NCBI GenBank assembly: GCA_017554185.1
Contig: JAFZIU010000009.1
Span: 1-63,578 of the forward strand
Origin: Spirochaetia bacterium
Lineage (GTDB): Bacteria > Spirochaetota > Spirochaetia > CADAEX01
Direction of reading: 5' to 3'
DNA length: 63,578 bases
Made by a program: the position numbers and the translations under genes. Positions 28,478 through 38,179 of this stretch are shown here, piece after piece. The notes beneath the pieces were generated by a model that was given only the letters and a program-made list of their open reading frames with translations, was not told the origin of the DNA and did not search any database. Within the stretch, counting starts at the first letter, position 1. The number at the start of each line of letters is the position of its first letter.

Positions 28478-29905
28478 ATGACCTTAAAAGAAGAGATCCA
28501 GAATGGTGAAAGCCGCACCCTTGAATACAAATTAGAGCTGCCTCAGGATAACCAGAAGTGGATAAAGACAATAATAGCCTTTGCAAATGGAGCTGGTGGG
28601 AAGTTCGTAATTGGAGTTAATAATAAGCGGCAGATAAAAGGTGTTCCTGCTGCAACCGATGTTTTTGAACTTAAGGATGGCATTGCTGATAAAATAGGGC
28701 AGCTTTGTGACCCCCAGATTATGTTTGATGTGTATCAGGAATCGGTTGGAGATAAAACACTTATCATAATCCAGGTTTTTCCAGGAAACAGCACTCCTTA
28801 CTATTTAAAGGCACTGGGAAAAGAAAATGGAACCTTTGTCCGGCTTGGGGCTACAACAAGAAATGCAGACCTTACCACACTTGATGAACTGGAACTGCGG
28901 AAAAAACGAAAATCCTATGATGAACTCCCCAATTTAGACTTGGAAGTGACTGATACTGATATAAAATATCTTTGCAACGATTTTTCTAAGCGTACAGGCA
29001 AGAAGATTACAAAAGAAACCCTGCTGAATCTCCATCTCTTTGGAAAGAAGGATGGGAAACTTGTCGCAACAAATGCCTATGCCATATTTCTTGGCAAGCA
29101 CGATTATCTTTCCCGAATCCAGTGTGCCCGCTTCAAAGGGACAGATAGGGTTAAATTCATAGACAAGAAAGATTTCTCAGGGCCACTGCTTGAGCAGGTC
29201 GAAAATGCTTACAACTTTGTGCTGGGTCATATCAATATGGGAATAACAATTGATGGCTTGTACAGGAAGGAACAGTATGAACTGCCGGAAAAGGCAATTC
29301 GAGAACTTATACTGAATGCTGTAATTCACCGGAATTATATGATGAATTCAAGTGTGCAGATGGCTGTTTATGATGACCGGCTTGAAGTATCTTCTCCTGG
29401 CAGCCTGTATGGCACACTTACCCTTGCCGAAGCATTAGCGGGTCGTTCATCAATCCGTAATAAAGTTATAGCCGAGGTGTGCGATAAACTGGATGTTATC
29501 GAAGGCTGGGGAACTGGCCTTAAAAGAATAATAGCTTCCTGCAATGAGATGGGAATTGCTCCACCTGAGTTTTTGGAGATAGGCGACCTTTTCAGAATCA
29601 ATTTTTATCGCCCTTCATATGCTAAAAGCGACGATAAAGCGACGATAAACTCAAAAAACGGCGATAAAGCGACGATAAATATCAAGGGCGACGATAAAGC
29701 GACGATAAATATGTCTTATCAGGAAAAGATAATGACTTATGTAGCAGAACATCCTCATGTAAAAACCCAAGATATTGCCCTACATATAGGATTAAAACTT
29801 ACCAGGACAAAAGAGTATATCTACCAGCTTGTGGAAGAAGAAAAGCTTGTTCCTTTTGGATCAAATAGGAATCGGACATATTCTGTAAAGGGTCAGGACA
29901 AATGA
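28478..29905 (+). CDS. AlbA_2/Schlafen-like + HATPase_c_4 + wHTH protein
   Basis: GESRTLEYK..IAFAN..GG, RELILNAVIHRNY, EVSSPG, EGWGTG; C-terminal HTH. Confidence 0.88.
   Translation: MTLKEEIQNGESRTLEYKLELPQDNQKWIKTIIAFANGAGGKFVIGVNNKRQIKGVPAATDVFELKDGIADKIGQLCDPQIMFDVYQESVGDKTLIIIQVFPGNSTPYYLKALGKENGTFVRLGATTRNADLTTLDELELRKKRKSYDELPNLDLEVTDTDIKYLCNDFSKRTGKKITKETLLNLHLFGKKDGKLVATNAYAIFLGKHDYLSRIQCARFKGTDRVKFIDKKDFSGPLLEQVENAYNFVLGHINMGITIDGLYRKEQYELPEKAIRELILNAVIHRNYMMNSSVQMAVYDDRLEVSSPGSLYGTLTLAEALAGRSSIRNKVIAEVCDKLDVIEGWGTGLKRIIASCNEMGIAPPEFLEIGDLFRINFYRPSYAKSDDKATINSKNGDKATINIKGDDKATINMSYQEKIMTYVAEHPHVKTQDIALHIGLKLTRTKEYIYQLVEEEKLVPFGSNRNRTYSVKGQDK
29628..29712 (+). repeat. In-frame 30-bp tandem repeat x3 (DKATIN linker)
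   Basis: CGATAAAGCGACGATAAA core recurring at a 30-bp period. Confidence 0.9.
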
Positions 29906-31374
29906 CTGCAAAGGAATTAAAGAATGCCCTTATGCAGGAAGCTATTCAAGGCAAACTTGTTCCACAGATTGCCAGTGAAGGCAATGCCAGAGACTTGCTG
30001 GAAGAAATACGCAAAGAAAAGGCAAAGCTCATAAAATTGGGCAAAATAAAAAAAGAAAAGTCCCTTCCTCCACTCACCGAAGATGAAATACCATTTAATA
30101 TTCCAGACAACTGGTGCTGGTGTAGATTGGGAGAAATTGGGGAAATAGCACGCGGAGGATCCCCTCGGCCAATTAAAGATTTTTTAACAACTTCTGAGGA
30201 TGGTTATAATTGGATTAAAATTGGTGATACTGATAAAAATGGTAAATATATTAATCATACTGCTGAGAAAATCATTAAAGAAGGCCTCAGAAAAACTCGT
30301 TTAGTTCATAAAGGTGATTTTTTACTTACTAATTCAATGAGTTTTGGACGCCCATATATTTTAAATATTGATGGATGCATTCATGATGGTTGGCTAGTTA
30401 TAAGCCCATACACAAAGGTTTTTGATAAAGAATTTTTATATTATTTTCTATCTTCATCTTTTTCATTTAATCAATTTTGTGATGCTGTAAGTGGAGCTGT
30501 TGTTAAAAATCTTAATTCAGATAAGGTTAGGAGTGCCTTAATCCCACTTCCACCATATGAAGAACAAAAACGTATAGTTGCTGCAATTGAACAGTTCATG
30601 CCCCTAATGGAGGAATACGGTAAAAAAGAGTCTGAGCTTAATGAACTCAATAAGGAAATTGCTGAGAAGCTTAAGAACGCTATTCTTCAAGAAGCCATAC
30701 AAGGAAAGCTGGTGCCACAAGACCCAGATGATGAACCAGCAAGTGTACTACTAGAACGAATCCGTAAAGGGAATAGCAGTAGACAGATTGCCGCTTATAG
30801 GAAGCTGAAACCAATTACAACAGAGGAAATACCTTTTGATATCCCTGAAAACTGGTGCTGGTGTAGATTGGGGGAGATCATTCGGGTCGTAAGTGGTATT
30901 TCATATGATAAAAAGGATGTTACTAAAACTGGTTGTCGTATCTTGCGTGGTGGCAATATTCAACAGATGAAAGTGCTTCTGAATGAGGATGATGTTTTTC
31001 TTCCTAAACAATACAGGGATGAAGATAAACTAATACGCAAAGGTGATATCTTGATTGTGGCATCTACTGGTAGCAAGGCTGTAATTGGAAAAGCTGGGTA
31101 TGTTGACCGAGATGTTTCTGATACTATGATTGGAGCTTTTCTTAGGATTTGTCGCCCACATTCTTTGGATACAGCTGGTTATCTTCGCTGTTTGTTTGAG
31201 AGTGATTTCTATAGAAAGCATATTCGGGATTTAGCCCAAGGAACAAATATAAATAATGTAAAAGAATCTTATGTTACTGAATTTGTAATTTCTCTTCCGC
31301 CTTTTGCCGAACAAAAACGTATAGTCGCAACAATTGGGCAGCTTTTATTACTTTGCGAGAAACTAGGAGAATAA
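29902..31374 (+). CDS. hsdS: Type I specificity subunit S with two TRDs
   Basis: Duplicated QEAIQGKLVPQ, EIPF.IP.NWCWCRLGEI and LPP..EQKRIV conserved regions. Confidence 0.95.
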   Translation: MTAKELKNALMQEAIQGKLVPQIASEGNARDLLEEIRKEKAKLIKLGKIKKEKSLPPLTEDEIPFNIPDNWCWCRLGEIGEIARGGSPRPIKDFLTTSEDGYNWIKIGDTDKNGKYINHTAEKIIKEGLRKTRLVHKGDFLLTNSMSFGRPYILNIDGCIHDGWLVISPYTKVFDKEFLYYFLSSSFSFNQFCDAVSGAVVKNLNSDKVRSALIPLPPYEEQKRIVAAIEQFMPLMEEYGKKESELNELNKEIAEKLKNAILQEAIQGKLVPQDPDDEPASVLLERIRKGNSSRQIAAYRKLKPITTEEIPFDIPENWCWCRLGEIIRVVSGISYDKKDVTKTGCRILRGGNIQQMKVLLNEDDVFLPKQYRDEDKLIRKGDILIVASTGSKAVIGKAGYVDRDVSDTMIGAFLRICRPHSLDTAGYLRCLFESDFYRKHIRDLAQGTNINNVKESYVTEFVISLPPFAEQKRIVATIGQLLLLCEKLGE

Positions 31375-31394
31375 ATATATAATAGGATATATAA

Positions 31395-32807
31395 ATGGCA
31401 GATTTTATTGAATGGCAGCAATTTGAGGATTTAGTTTTATTTGTAAAGGGCAACGATTTTTTTAATAAAGTAACCTTATCGCGTGATAAAAATTATAATA
31501 TACATTTTTGTGCCTCATGCAAAAAATTAGAAGAAAACAAATTTTCTGATGTTTCTAAATTTTATATGGCAAAATTAAATTCTTTAACTGCAATTCCAAA
31601 TCCTTTTCTTGGGAAAGAATATATACTAAATGATTTCATATGCGAAAGATTTACTTATTCACTATCAGAAGAGTTTACAATCACTGGAATTGTACTGAAG
31701 ATTGAATCTCACTATGTAACTGATTCTATCGGAAAACCAGAATTTGAAAATATTTGGTTACTTAATTCCTCTAATCAAGCAAATTATGATCAAAATATAA
31801 TCAAAACTTCTTCTGGAAATGAACATTATCAATGGGGTGATTTTGCAACTGAAGATTTTTATTCGGCAGATAGATATTCAGGAGCTTGGGCTGGAATAAA
31901 ATTAAAATATAAGTCTTATGATTTTTTGTTAATTAAATCTGATTCATTTACAAAGCTTAAGTCGAGTTGTTTACGGTTTGAGAAACAACAATTTCCAACT
32001 GAAGAAGATTTAACTGAAATTATAAATATATTGAATTTTATTTTTGGTTTGACTTTCATTTATATTGGGTATACAAAATATAATTGTAAATCATCACCAG
32101 TTTCTGAGTGTTATATTTCTACATTTAGAAGAGATATAGAACAAATTCTTAATGAAGCTCAATTCCCCGTAATTCCACTACGTTTAAACGATTTCTATAC
32201 TCTAGGAATAAAAACAACAGAATTGATTAATTTGATATTTTCAAATGTCGCAGAGAAAACAAAATATAATTTTATTGAGAATTTTTCATTTATAAACTAT
32301 GCAAGAACACAACCTGCTGAAGTAAAAATCCAACCTCTTGCTGCAACTTTTGATAATATTTGTGATCAATATTTCAAAAATAGAGAAAATACAATTATCA
32401 GATCAGAGATTTTTATTGAATTGAAGAATGTTATTGATAAGGAAATAGATGATCTTAATGTTGATGATGAGCAAAAAAGGATCCTAAAATCAAAAGCTTT
32501 ACAAATTAATAATCAAAGTCAAAACCAAAGAAATAAAAGAATTTTTGAAGAATTAGGTTTAAAATTAAGTAACCTGGAAGAAAAAGCCTTAAATGCTCGA
32601 AACCCTTCTATACATGGAAAGATAGATTCAAAAAACATACAAGAATCTATACTATTGGCAAAATGTTATTATACATTGATAAACCGACTTATATTGAAAA
32701 TATTGAATATTTCCCTATATATTGATTACACATATCCTGAAGGACTTCCTACGAAAATTGAGGATGGACAGTATTTATGGATGGAAAATAAAAAACAAAA
32801 AGACTGA
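31395..32807 (+). CDS. Hypothetical protein with C-terminal HEPN-like Rx4H motif (ApeA-like?)
   Basis: ARNPSIHG near C-terminus; very AT-rich; directly follows hsdS. Confidence 0.55.
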   Translation: MADFIEWQQFEDLVLFVKGNDFFNKVTLSRDKNYNIHFCASCKKLEENKFSDVSKFYMAKLNSLTAIPNPFLGKEYILNDFICERFTYSLSEEFTITGIVLKIESHYVTDSIGKPEFENIWLLNSSNQANYDQNIIKTSSGNEHYQWGDFATEDFYSADRYSGAWAGIKLKYKSYDFLLIKSDSFTKLKSSCLRFEKQQFPTEEDLTEIINILNFIFGLTFIYIGYTKYNCKSSPVSECYISTFRRDIEQILNEAQFPVIPLRLNDFYTLGIKTTELINLIFSNVAEKTKYNFIENFSFINYARTQPAEVKIQPLAATFDNICDQYFKNRENTIIRSEIFIELKNVIDKEIDDLNVDDEQKRILKSKALQINNQSQNQRNKRIFEELGLKLSNLEEKALNARNPSIHGKIDSKNIQESILLAKCYYTLINRLILKILNISLYIDYTYPEGLPTKIEDGQYLWMENKKQKD

Positions 32808-32902
32808 ACTTATGAAAATCTACTCAATGTAAATTTATAATGAAAAGTTAGGCTAATTTATTGCACAAGTTTTTTTATATAAAGATTTATAATAGGTAAG
32901 AA

Positions 32903-33805
32903 ATGGATAAAAAATTCCTAAAACGCATTATCAACGATTGTTCTCTAAATGATTTTATAGAAGATGAAAATGCTTCTAAAAAGCATGAAGTGTTTGATAA
33001 ATACTTGGAAAAATTCACTTCTTTTCTATATTCAAACGAAAATCAGCTCATTGAACATTTCTGGAGCGAATATATTGCTCTATCGGAAGTTGCAACACTC
33101 CAGTCCTCACCGTTACTCCGCAGGTATTTCATTTTCTTGGATTGTGCTACAGCTGTTTACAACTATGTTGCAGAAAAAAGCAAACAAAAAAGTGGTTCGG
33201 AACTGTCAGAGCATATTTCAATTCAACTTCAGAATGATTTAAGGCAGTTTAAAGGTATTCTGCTTCTGGCAATAAATGGATGTCTTAATAGTGTCATTAC
33301 TGAATACCGCACAATGTATGAAAGTTTTGTAATTGGGCAATATCTTGTTTTACATCCAGATTTAGTATCGATATATAAAGAACATTCTCAATTCTTAAGG
33401 TACCATCTTACCAGACTTGTAGGTAATAGCAAGCCCGAATGGGATAAAGTATATGAAGACTATATTGAAAAATATGGGAAAGAATTTACTGAGAACTATG
33501 GATGGACTAAAGATGTGATTCAAAAGAAAAAGGATCGCATTATTGGAACGCTTGTTAAGGAATGCGAGTTGGATACATCTCTTGTGACTCTATATAAATA
33601 TTCATGCAGTTATGTCCATTCTTCAACATTTTCTGTTTCTACAAGACCTGATTTGAATAGTTTAAAGGTTTTTTTCCAGGCTACTATGTATTTTATTCTT
33701 CAGGAAATTTTATCTTATATGCAGGAAATTGGATTGTCTGAAAAAGAGATCATCATTCTGGATAATATATTAATGATTCTTTATGAAGATTTTAAAAATA
33801 TATAG
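32903..33805 (+). CDS. DUF5677-like helical (HEPN-related) protein
   Basis: RTMYES and LYKYSCSYVHSS motifs; AT-rich. Confidence 0.55.
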   Translation: MDKKFLKRIINDCSLNDFIEDENASKKHEVFDKYLEKFTSFLYSNENQLIEHFWSEYIALSEVATLQSSPLLRRYFIFLDCATAVYNYVAEKSKQKSGSELSEHISIQLQNDLRQFKGILLLAINGCLNSVITEYRTMYESFVIGQYLVLHPDLVSIYKEHSQFLRYHLTRLVGNSKPEWDKVYEDYIEKYGKEFTENYGWTKDVIQKKKDRIIGTLVKECELDTSLVTLYKYSCSYVHSSTFSVSTRPDLNSLKVFFQATMYFILQEILSYMQEIGLSEKEIIILDNILMILYEDFKNI

Positions 33806-33870
33806 CCCTGTAACTTTTCCCTTGTAAAAAAGATTTTTAATATATAATATTTAATTAGGGAGAACCTATA

Positions 33871-34395
33871 ATGAAGAAAGTAATTAGTTTATTAATATTG
33901 ATTTCAATGGCACTGATGTGCATTACTCCGCTCTTTGCTGCATCCAACCCTCAGACCACCACACCTCTTGCCCCACAGCCAGATCCAAAGGTGCCCAAGA
34001 ACTTCGAGCCCTACGACCAGCGGGTGAAGGAGTACAATGCCAAAGGACAGCTGGTGAAGATGACTATCCTTTACGATAACAGAGAAACTGTAGGGGAAAC
34101 ATACACCTACGAATATGATGCAACCGGCAAGCTGGTGAAAGAGTGCCTCTATACCGACGGCAAGCTGGATGACTTCTCAACCTATGAATACAACAAAGAT
34201 GGCAAACTGGTCAAAGAGACCGAGTACGGCTCCAAGGGCAAGCTTAAGAACTTCAAGACCTACGAGTATCTGGACAAAGGTCTTACTGTAGTGAAAAAGA
34301 ACATGAAGGCAGACGGCACCTACTACCGCTACACTGTAAAGCGCTATGATGCAGCCGGCAACCTGCTTGAAAGCTCTGAGTACAGAATCAAGTAG
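33871..34395 (+). CDS. Exported protein with YD/RHS-like beta-hairpin repeats
   Basis: Signal peptide ending LFA-A; repeats of (T)YEY(D/N)..GKLVKE. Confidence 0.75.
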   Translation: MKKVISLLILISMALMCITPLFAASNPQTTTPLAPQPDPKVPKNFEPYDQRVKEYNAKGQLVKMTILYDNRETVGETYTYEYDATGKLVKECLYTDGKLDDFSTYEYNKDGKLVKETEYGSKGKLKNFKTYEYLDKGLTVVKKNMKADGTYYRYTVKRYDAAGNLLESSEYRIK

Positions 34396-35200
34396 TCTTT
34401 CTGCTTCTTATCAGAATGAACAAAGCTCCGAATATCATCATGAGCAGGCACAGCACCTGTCCCATGGTGAGGTTCAGGAGTATAAAGCCTAAGTCTTCGT
34501 CCGGCTCGCGGAAGAATTCAATAAAGAACCGGATAACACCGTAGCACAGAAGATACAGTCCAGTCCGCACCCCGTTCTTAAGCTTCATTTTACGGAACAC
34601 AAACCACATCAGAATGCCCAGGATAAATCCTTCGAAGAAAGCCTCGTACAGTTGGCTGGGATGCCGCGGCTGGCTCTGCCCCGGAAACATCATCCCGACA
34701 GGGGCATCGGTGACACGTCCATACAGTTCTGCATTTATAAAATTGCCTATGCGGCCGAAGAAATAGCCGAAAGGAATGGCTGTAACCATCATATCGCTGT
34801 TCGACCAGAAGCTCTGCCTGTGCCTGATGGAGTAGAACAGGACCCCCAGTCCGCCCCCGATTACACCGCCGTGGTAGGACATCCCCTGGAAACCGGTGAA
34901 GTGCATCCTGCTGTCGAAAGGCCAGAATATAAGCCATGGGTGTGTCAGGTACTGTACGGTATCATCATATACAATGGTGGCAAAAATACGGGCTCCCAGA
35001 AGCAGTCCGATTATGCCCCAGGTTATCAGGTTCATTGCCTCGTCATTCGGCGAAGGGATATCGCGCTCTGCCATCTGCTTCCGCAGGAGGAAATAAGCGA
35101 TTACAAAGGCCACCAGATACATAAGGCCATACCAGCGGACAGGGAAGCCGGGGATAATCTCGGGGTGGAGCCACTCTGGATATTGGATGTAGGCTATCAT
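34388..35200 (-). CDS. lgt: Prolipoprotein diacylglyceryl transferase
   Basis: RWYGLMY, GMSYHGG, GRIGNFINAELYGR, HPSQLYE, RFFIEFFREPD. Confidence 0.97.
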   Translation of the reverse strand: MIAYIQYPEWLHPEIIPGFPVRWYGLMYLVAFVIAYFLLRKQMAERDIPSPNDEAMNLITWGIIGLLLGARIFATIVYDDTVQYLTHPWLIFWPFDSRMHFTGFQGMSYHGGVIGGGLGVLFYSIRHRQSFWSNSDMMVTAIPFGYFFGRIGNFINAELYGRVTDAPVGMMFPGQSQPRHPSQLYEAFFEGFILGILMWFVFRKMKLKNGVRTGLYLLCYGVIRFFIEFFREPDEDLGFILLNLTMGQVLCLLMMIFGALFILIRSRKTT

Positions 35201-35565
35201 TCATCATCCTCCAGATGACGGGCAGTTATGAACAGGAAGCCGCCGAAGAAAAGATCCAGCACCAGCGCGAACCCGGGAATCAGAAGCGATGTCATATCTA
35301 GGGACTTGGTGGTTCCACCCAGCTTGTAGATAAAGATGAAGTCTGCAAGGATGCCGAAAAGCTTGGTCACAAACATAAGCCTGGTGTACTGCCTGTATTT
35401 GCCGAAATCGTATGCAAGGAAGAACATGCCGAAGACAGCGGCGATCTGCTGGGCGTTCATCCACATGAACAGGTCGAAGTTCCGTGTGGCCGAGGCAAAT
35501 ACGTACATATAAAGAAACCGGATCACTTCCCAGAGAAATCCGGCAAAAAACAGTTTTCTCATCAC
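35197..35565 (-). CDS. Hypothetical membrane protein
   Basis: Several hydrophobic segments; stop overlaps lgt start. Confidence 0.7.
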   Translation of the reverse strand: MMRKLFFAGFLWEVIRFLYMYVFASATRNFDLFMWMNAQQIAAVFGMFFLAYDFGKYRQYTRLMFVTKLFGILADFIFIYKLGGTTKSLDMTSLLIPGFALVLDLFFGGFLFITARHLEDDE

Positions 35566-35612
35566 CTACAGTATATATTGACAAATCTAATAAGTAAAGC
35601 GATATTGAAAGT

Positions 35613-37016
35613 ATGAAGAAAGACAGAAAAATTTGGATAGGGCTCGCAGGAGCCTTTATGGCATTAGTCCTTTTCCTGACATTTGTTCCGGCCACCTTTG
35701 CTCAGGGTGCGGGAAAAAGCAGTCAGTACGGCCTGATCTTTGACGAGATGATGCGCTTCATCAAGACCTATTATATAGATGAAGTGGACGATAAGGCTCT
35801 GTTCGAGGGGGCTATGAAAGGGATGTTTGACGCCATAGGCGATCCTCATTCTGTCTTCATGACCGAGCAGGAGATGGATTCTGCCTCTGATTCTGCCATG
35901 GGCCAGTTCGGCGGAGTAGGCCTTTATATAAGTAAGTATTCTGCTGATGTGGGATATGACGAGGACCGGCTGCCCTATGTGCGTGTTGTTTCTCCTATCG
36001 AGGACACCCCTGCATACCGCCTTGGAATAAAGGCAGGCGACTATATTGTGAAGGTTGACGGCAAATCCACCGAGACCATGACACTGGACGAGGTTGCCAA
36101 GATAATGCGCGGAAAGCCGGGAACAACTGTAAGCATCACATTCCTGCGCGACAAAAACATTGTGTTCACATATGATATAGAGCGGGCAAACATCGAGGTT
36201 CCATCTGTAAAATCAGATCTGATTGAGAAAAATATTGGATACCTCAGGATAACCAATTTTGCGGCCAACACCCCAGATAAAGTCAAGGAAGCGCTGGATA
36301 ACTTCTCCAAGAAACGGATCAAGTATCTGGTCATTGACCTCCGCAGCAACCCGGGCGGTGTGCTTGAATCTGCTATTGAGATTGCAGATTTCTTCCTTGA
36401 TGACGGCGTGATAGTCAGTGTAAAGAGCAAGATTCCTTCCTGGAACCAGGTTTACAATGCAAGCAAGAAGGTCAAGATCTCAAAATCTGTTCCAATTGCA
36501 GTGCTCATAGACCGGGGTTCTGCATCGGCTGCCGAGATTCTTTCTGCCGCACTCAGCGACAACGGCCGTGCTGTGCTGATAGGCGAGACCACCTACGGAA
36601 AGGGCTCTGTACAGCAGCTCCGATCTCTGGGCAAGGACGGCTTCAAGCTGACCATGGGCAAGTACTACACCCCTAAGGATATAAACATCGACAAAGTGGG
36701 AATTCCACCGGAGAAAGAGGTGAAGGACCGTGATCTTACCGACGAGGAGAAGGCCTCTTACAAGAAACTTATCGAGGAGTACCGCATCCAGAAGTTTGTA
36801 AAGGATAATCCAAAGCCTTCTGACCTGCAGATCGATACCTTTATCCAGCAGCTCAAGAGCGAGGGAATCGTGATGGAGGACAGGATTCTCAGAAAGCTTG
36901 TGCGGAACGAGGTCAACTTCAACAACAACGATTCTCCTGTCTACGATCTTGAGTTTGATGTCGTGCTTCAGGAAGCAGTGCGTATGCTCAAGTCTGGAGA
37001 GATAAAAGCCAAGTGA
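35613..37016 (+). CDS. ctpA: C-terminal processing peptidase S41A (PDZ)
   Basis: GDPHS, FGGVGL, DLRSNPGG, SASAAEI, TYGKGSVQ. Confidence 0.93.
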   Translation: MKKDRKIWIGLAGAFMALVLFLTFVPATFAQGAGKSSQYGLIFDEMMRFIKTYYIDEVDDKALFEGAMKGMFDAIGDPHSVFMTEQEMDSASDSAMGQFGGVGLYISKYSADVGYDEDRLPYVRVVSPIEDTPAYRLGIKAGDYIVKVDGKSTETMTLDEVAKIMRGKPGTTVSITFLRDKNIVFTYDIERANIEVPSVKSDLIEKNIGYLRITNFAANTPDKVKEALDNFSKKRIKYLVIDLRSNPGGVLESAIEIADFFLDDGVIVSVKSKIPSWNQVYNASKKVKISKSVPIAVLIDRGSASAAEILSAALSDNGRAVLIGETTYGKGSVQQLRSLGKDGFKLTMGKYYTPKDINIDKVGIPPEKEVKDRDLTDEEKASYKKLIEEYRIQKFVKDNPKPSDLQIDTFIQQLKSEGIVMEDRILRKLVRNEVNFNNNDSPVYDLEFDVVLQEAVRMLKSGEIKAK

Positions 37017-37777
37017 AGCAGTTCATACTTCCAGCCTCTTTTGACGGCTCTTCCAGCGTGCTTCTGGACGAGAAAGACACCCATTACCTCAAGAATGTGC
37101 TCCGGGTGAAAGTGGGGACCGAACTCAAATGTACTGCACCGGACGGTTCGGTGTGGCGCGGCATAGTTTCCCGCTTTGATGATGATGGCTGCACCCTGGA
37201 GCTTTTCCCGGCCGGAACCGCTGCGGAAAAGGATGCCTGCGGGGGAAGCCAAAATACACAGATAATTCTTTACCAGAGCCTTATCAAGGGCAAGAACATG
37301 GACCTGATAATCCGGCAGGCGGTGGAGGCTGGGGTGACTGCCGTTGTGCCTGTGGAGACTGAGTATTCACAGATCCGTCTCAAGGACTTCAAGAACGAAA
37401 AACCTGAGCGCTGGCAGCGCATAATAAAAGAGGCTATGCAGCAGAGCGGAACCTCGATTCATACCGCAGTCGAGACCATGATCAAGGTCGAAGATATGCC
37501 CACTGTGTCACCCGATGAGACAGGTCTCTTTTTCCACCAGTGTCCCATGGAAAAAAAGAGCATTCACCAGCACCTGGACGGACACTTTAAAAAGGTATTT
37601 TTGTTCGTGGGACCCGAGGGCGGTCTTTCTAAAAAAGATATAGAAATTTTGGAGACAAAAGGCTTTAAGCCGGTGTACCTTGGAGAGAATATCTTAAGGG
37701 CCGAGACAGCAGCTCTCTATGCCACTGCAATTGTGAAAAATCTTATCTTGGAAAAAGAGACCTGGTGCTCTAAATAA
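37013..37777 (+). CDS. rsmE: 16S rRNA m3U1498 methyltransferase
   Basis: HYLKNVLR, QAVEAGV, EAMQQS, VGPEGG, LGENILRAETA. Confidence 0.96.
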   Translation: MKQFILPASFDGSSSVLLDEKDTHYLKNVLRVKVGTELKCTAPDGSVWRGIVSRFDDDGCTLELFPAGTAAEKDACGGSQNTQIILYQSLIKGKNMDLIIRQAVEAGVTAVVPVETEYSQIRLKDFKNEKPERWQRIIKEAMQQSGTSIHTAVETMIKVEDMPTVSPDETGLFFHQCPMEKKSIHQHLDGHFKKVFLFVGPEGGLSKKDIEILETKGFKPVYLGENILRAETAALYATAIVKNLILEKETWCSK

Positions 37778-38179
37778 TCAGCACTTCCGGGTGATCACCG
37801 GCATGTCCTTGTTGCCGCGGAGCCGCTTGTAGAACAGTGCAATAAGAAAACCGTTGGCAATTCCCAGCACCCCGCAGAGTATATTCTTTCCTTCGCTGTC
37901 TGCGCCGAAAATTCCTTTACCGATGTAATAGAAAACAATGAATAAAAGAAGCGGCAGAATAAGCACCAAAAAGCTCTCGAACACGGTGCGGCCGGAGGGG
38001 AGCAGGAACTCCACCTCATCACCCTCGGCAAGTTCGAAGCCCTGGCTGTTCCGCACCTCGAAGATGCGGTCCTTCTTCCGGCATATGGGGGATTTGCATG
38101 CGGCGCAGGTGCTGTTGGTGCCGCATTTTATAGTCACTATCTTGTCAGAAATCTTCTGCACTACGCCACATTCATACAT
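37778..38179 (-). CDS. rseC: SoxR-reducing system RseC-family membrane protein
   Basis: CAACKSPIC cysteine cluster and two TM helices; RBS before ATG at 38179. Confidence 0.85.
   Translation of the reverse strand: MYECGVVQKISDKIVTIKCGTNSTCAACKSPICRKKDRIFEVRNSQGFELAEGDEVEFLLPSGRTVFESFLVLILPLLLFIVFYYIGKGIFGADSEGKNILCGVLGIANGFLIALFYKRLRGNKDMPVITRKC

Noticed and set aside
29902-31374. Invertible hsdS shufflon
   Set aside because: Only one hsdS, repeats are direct, and there is no recombinase
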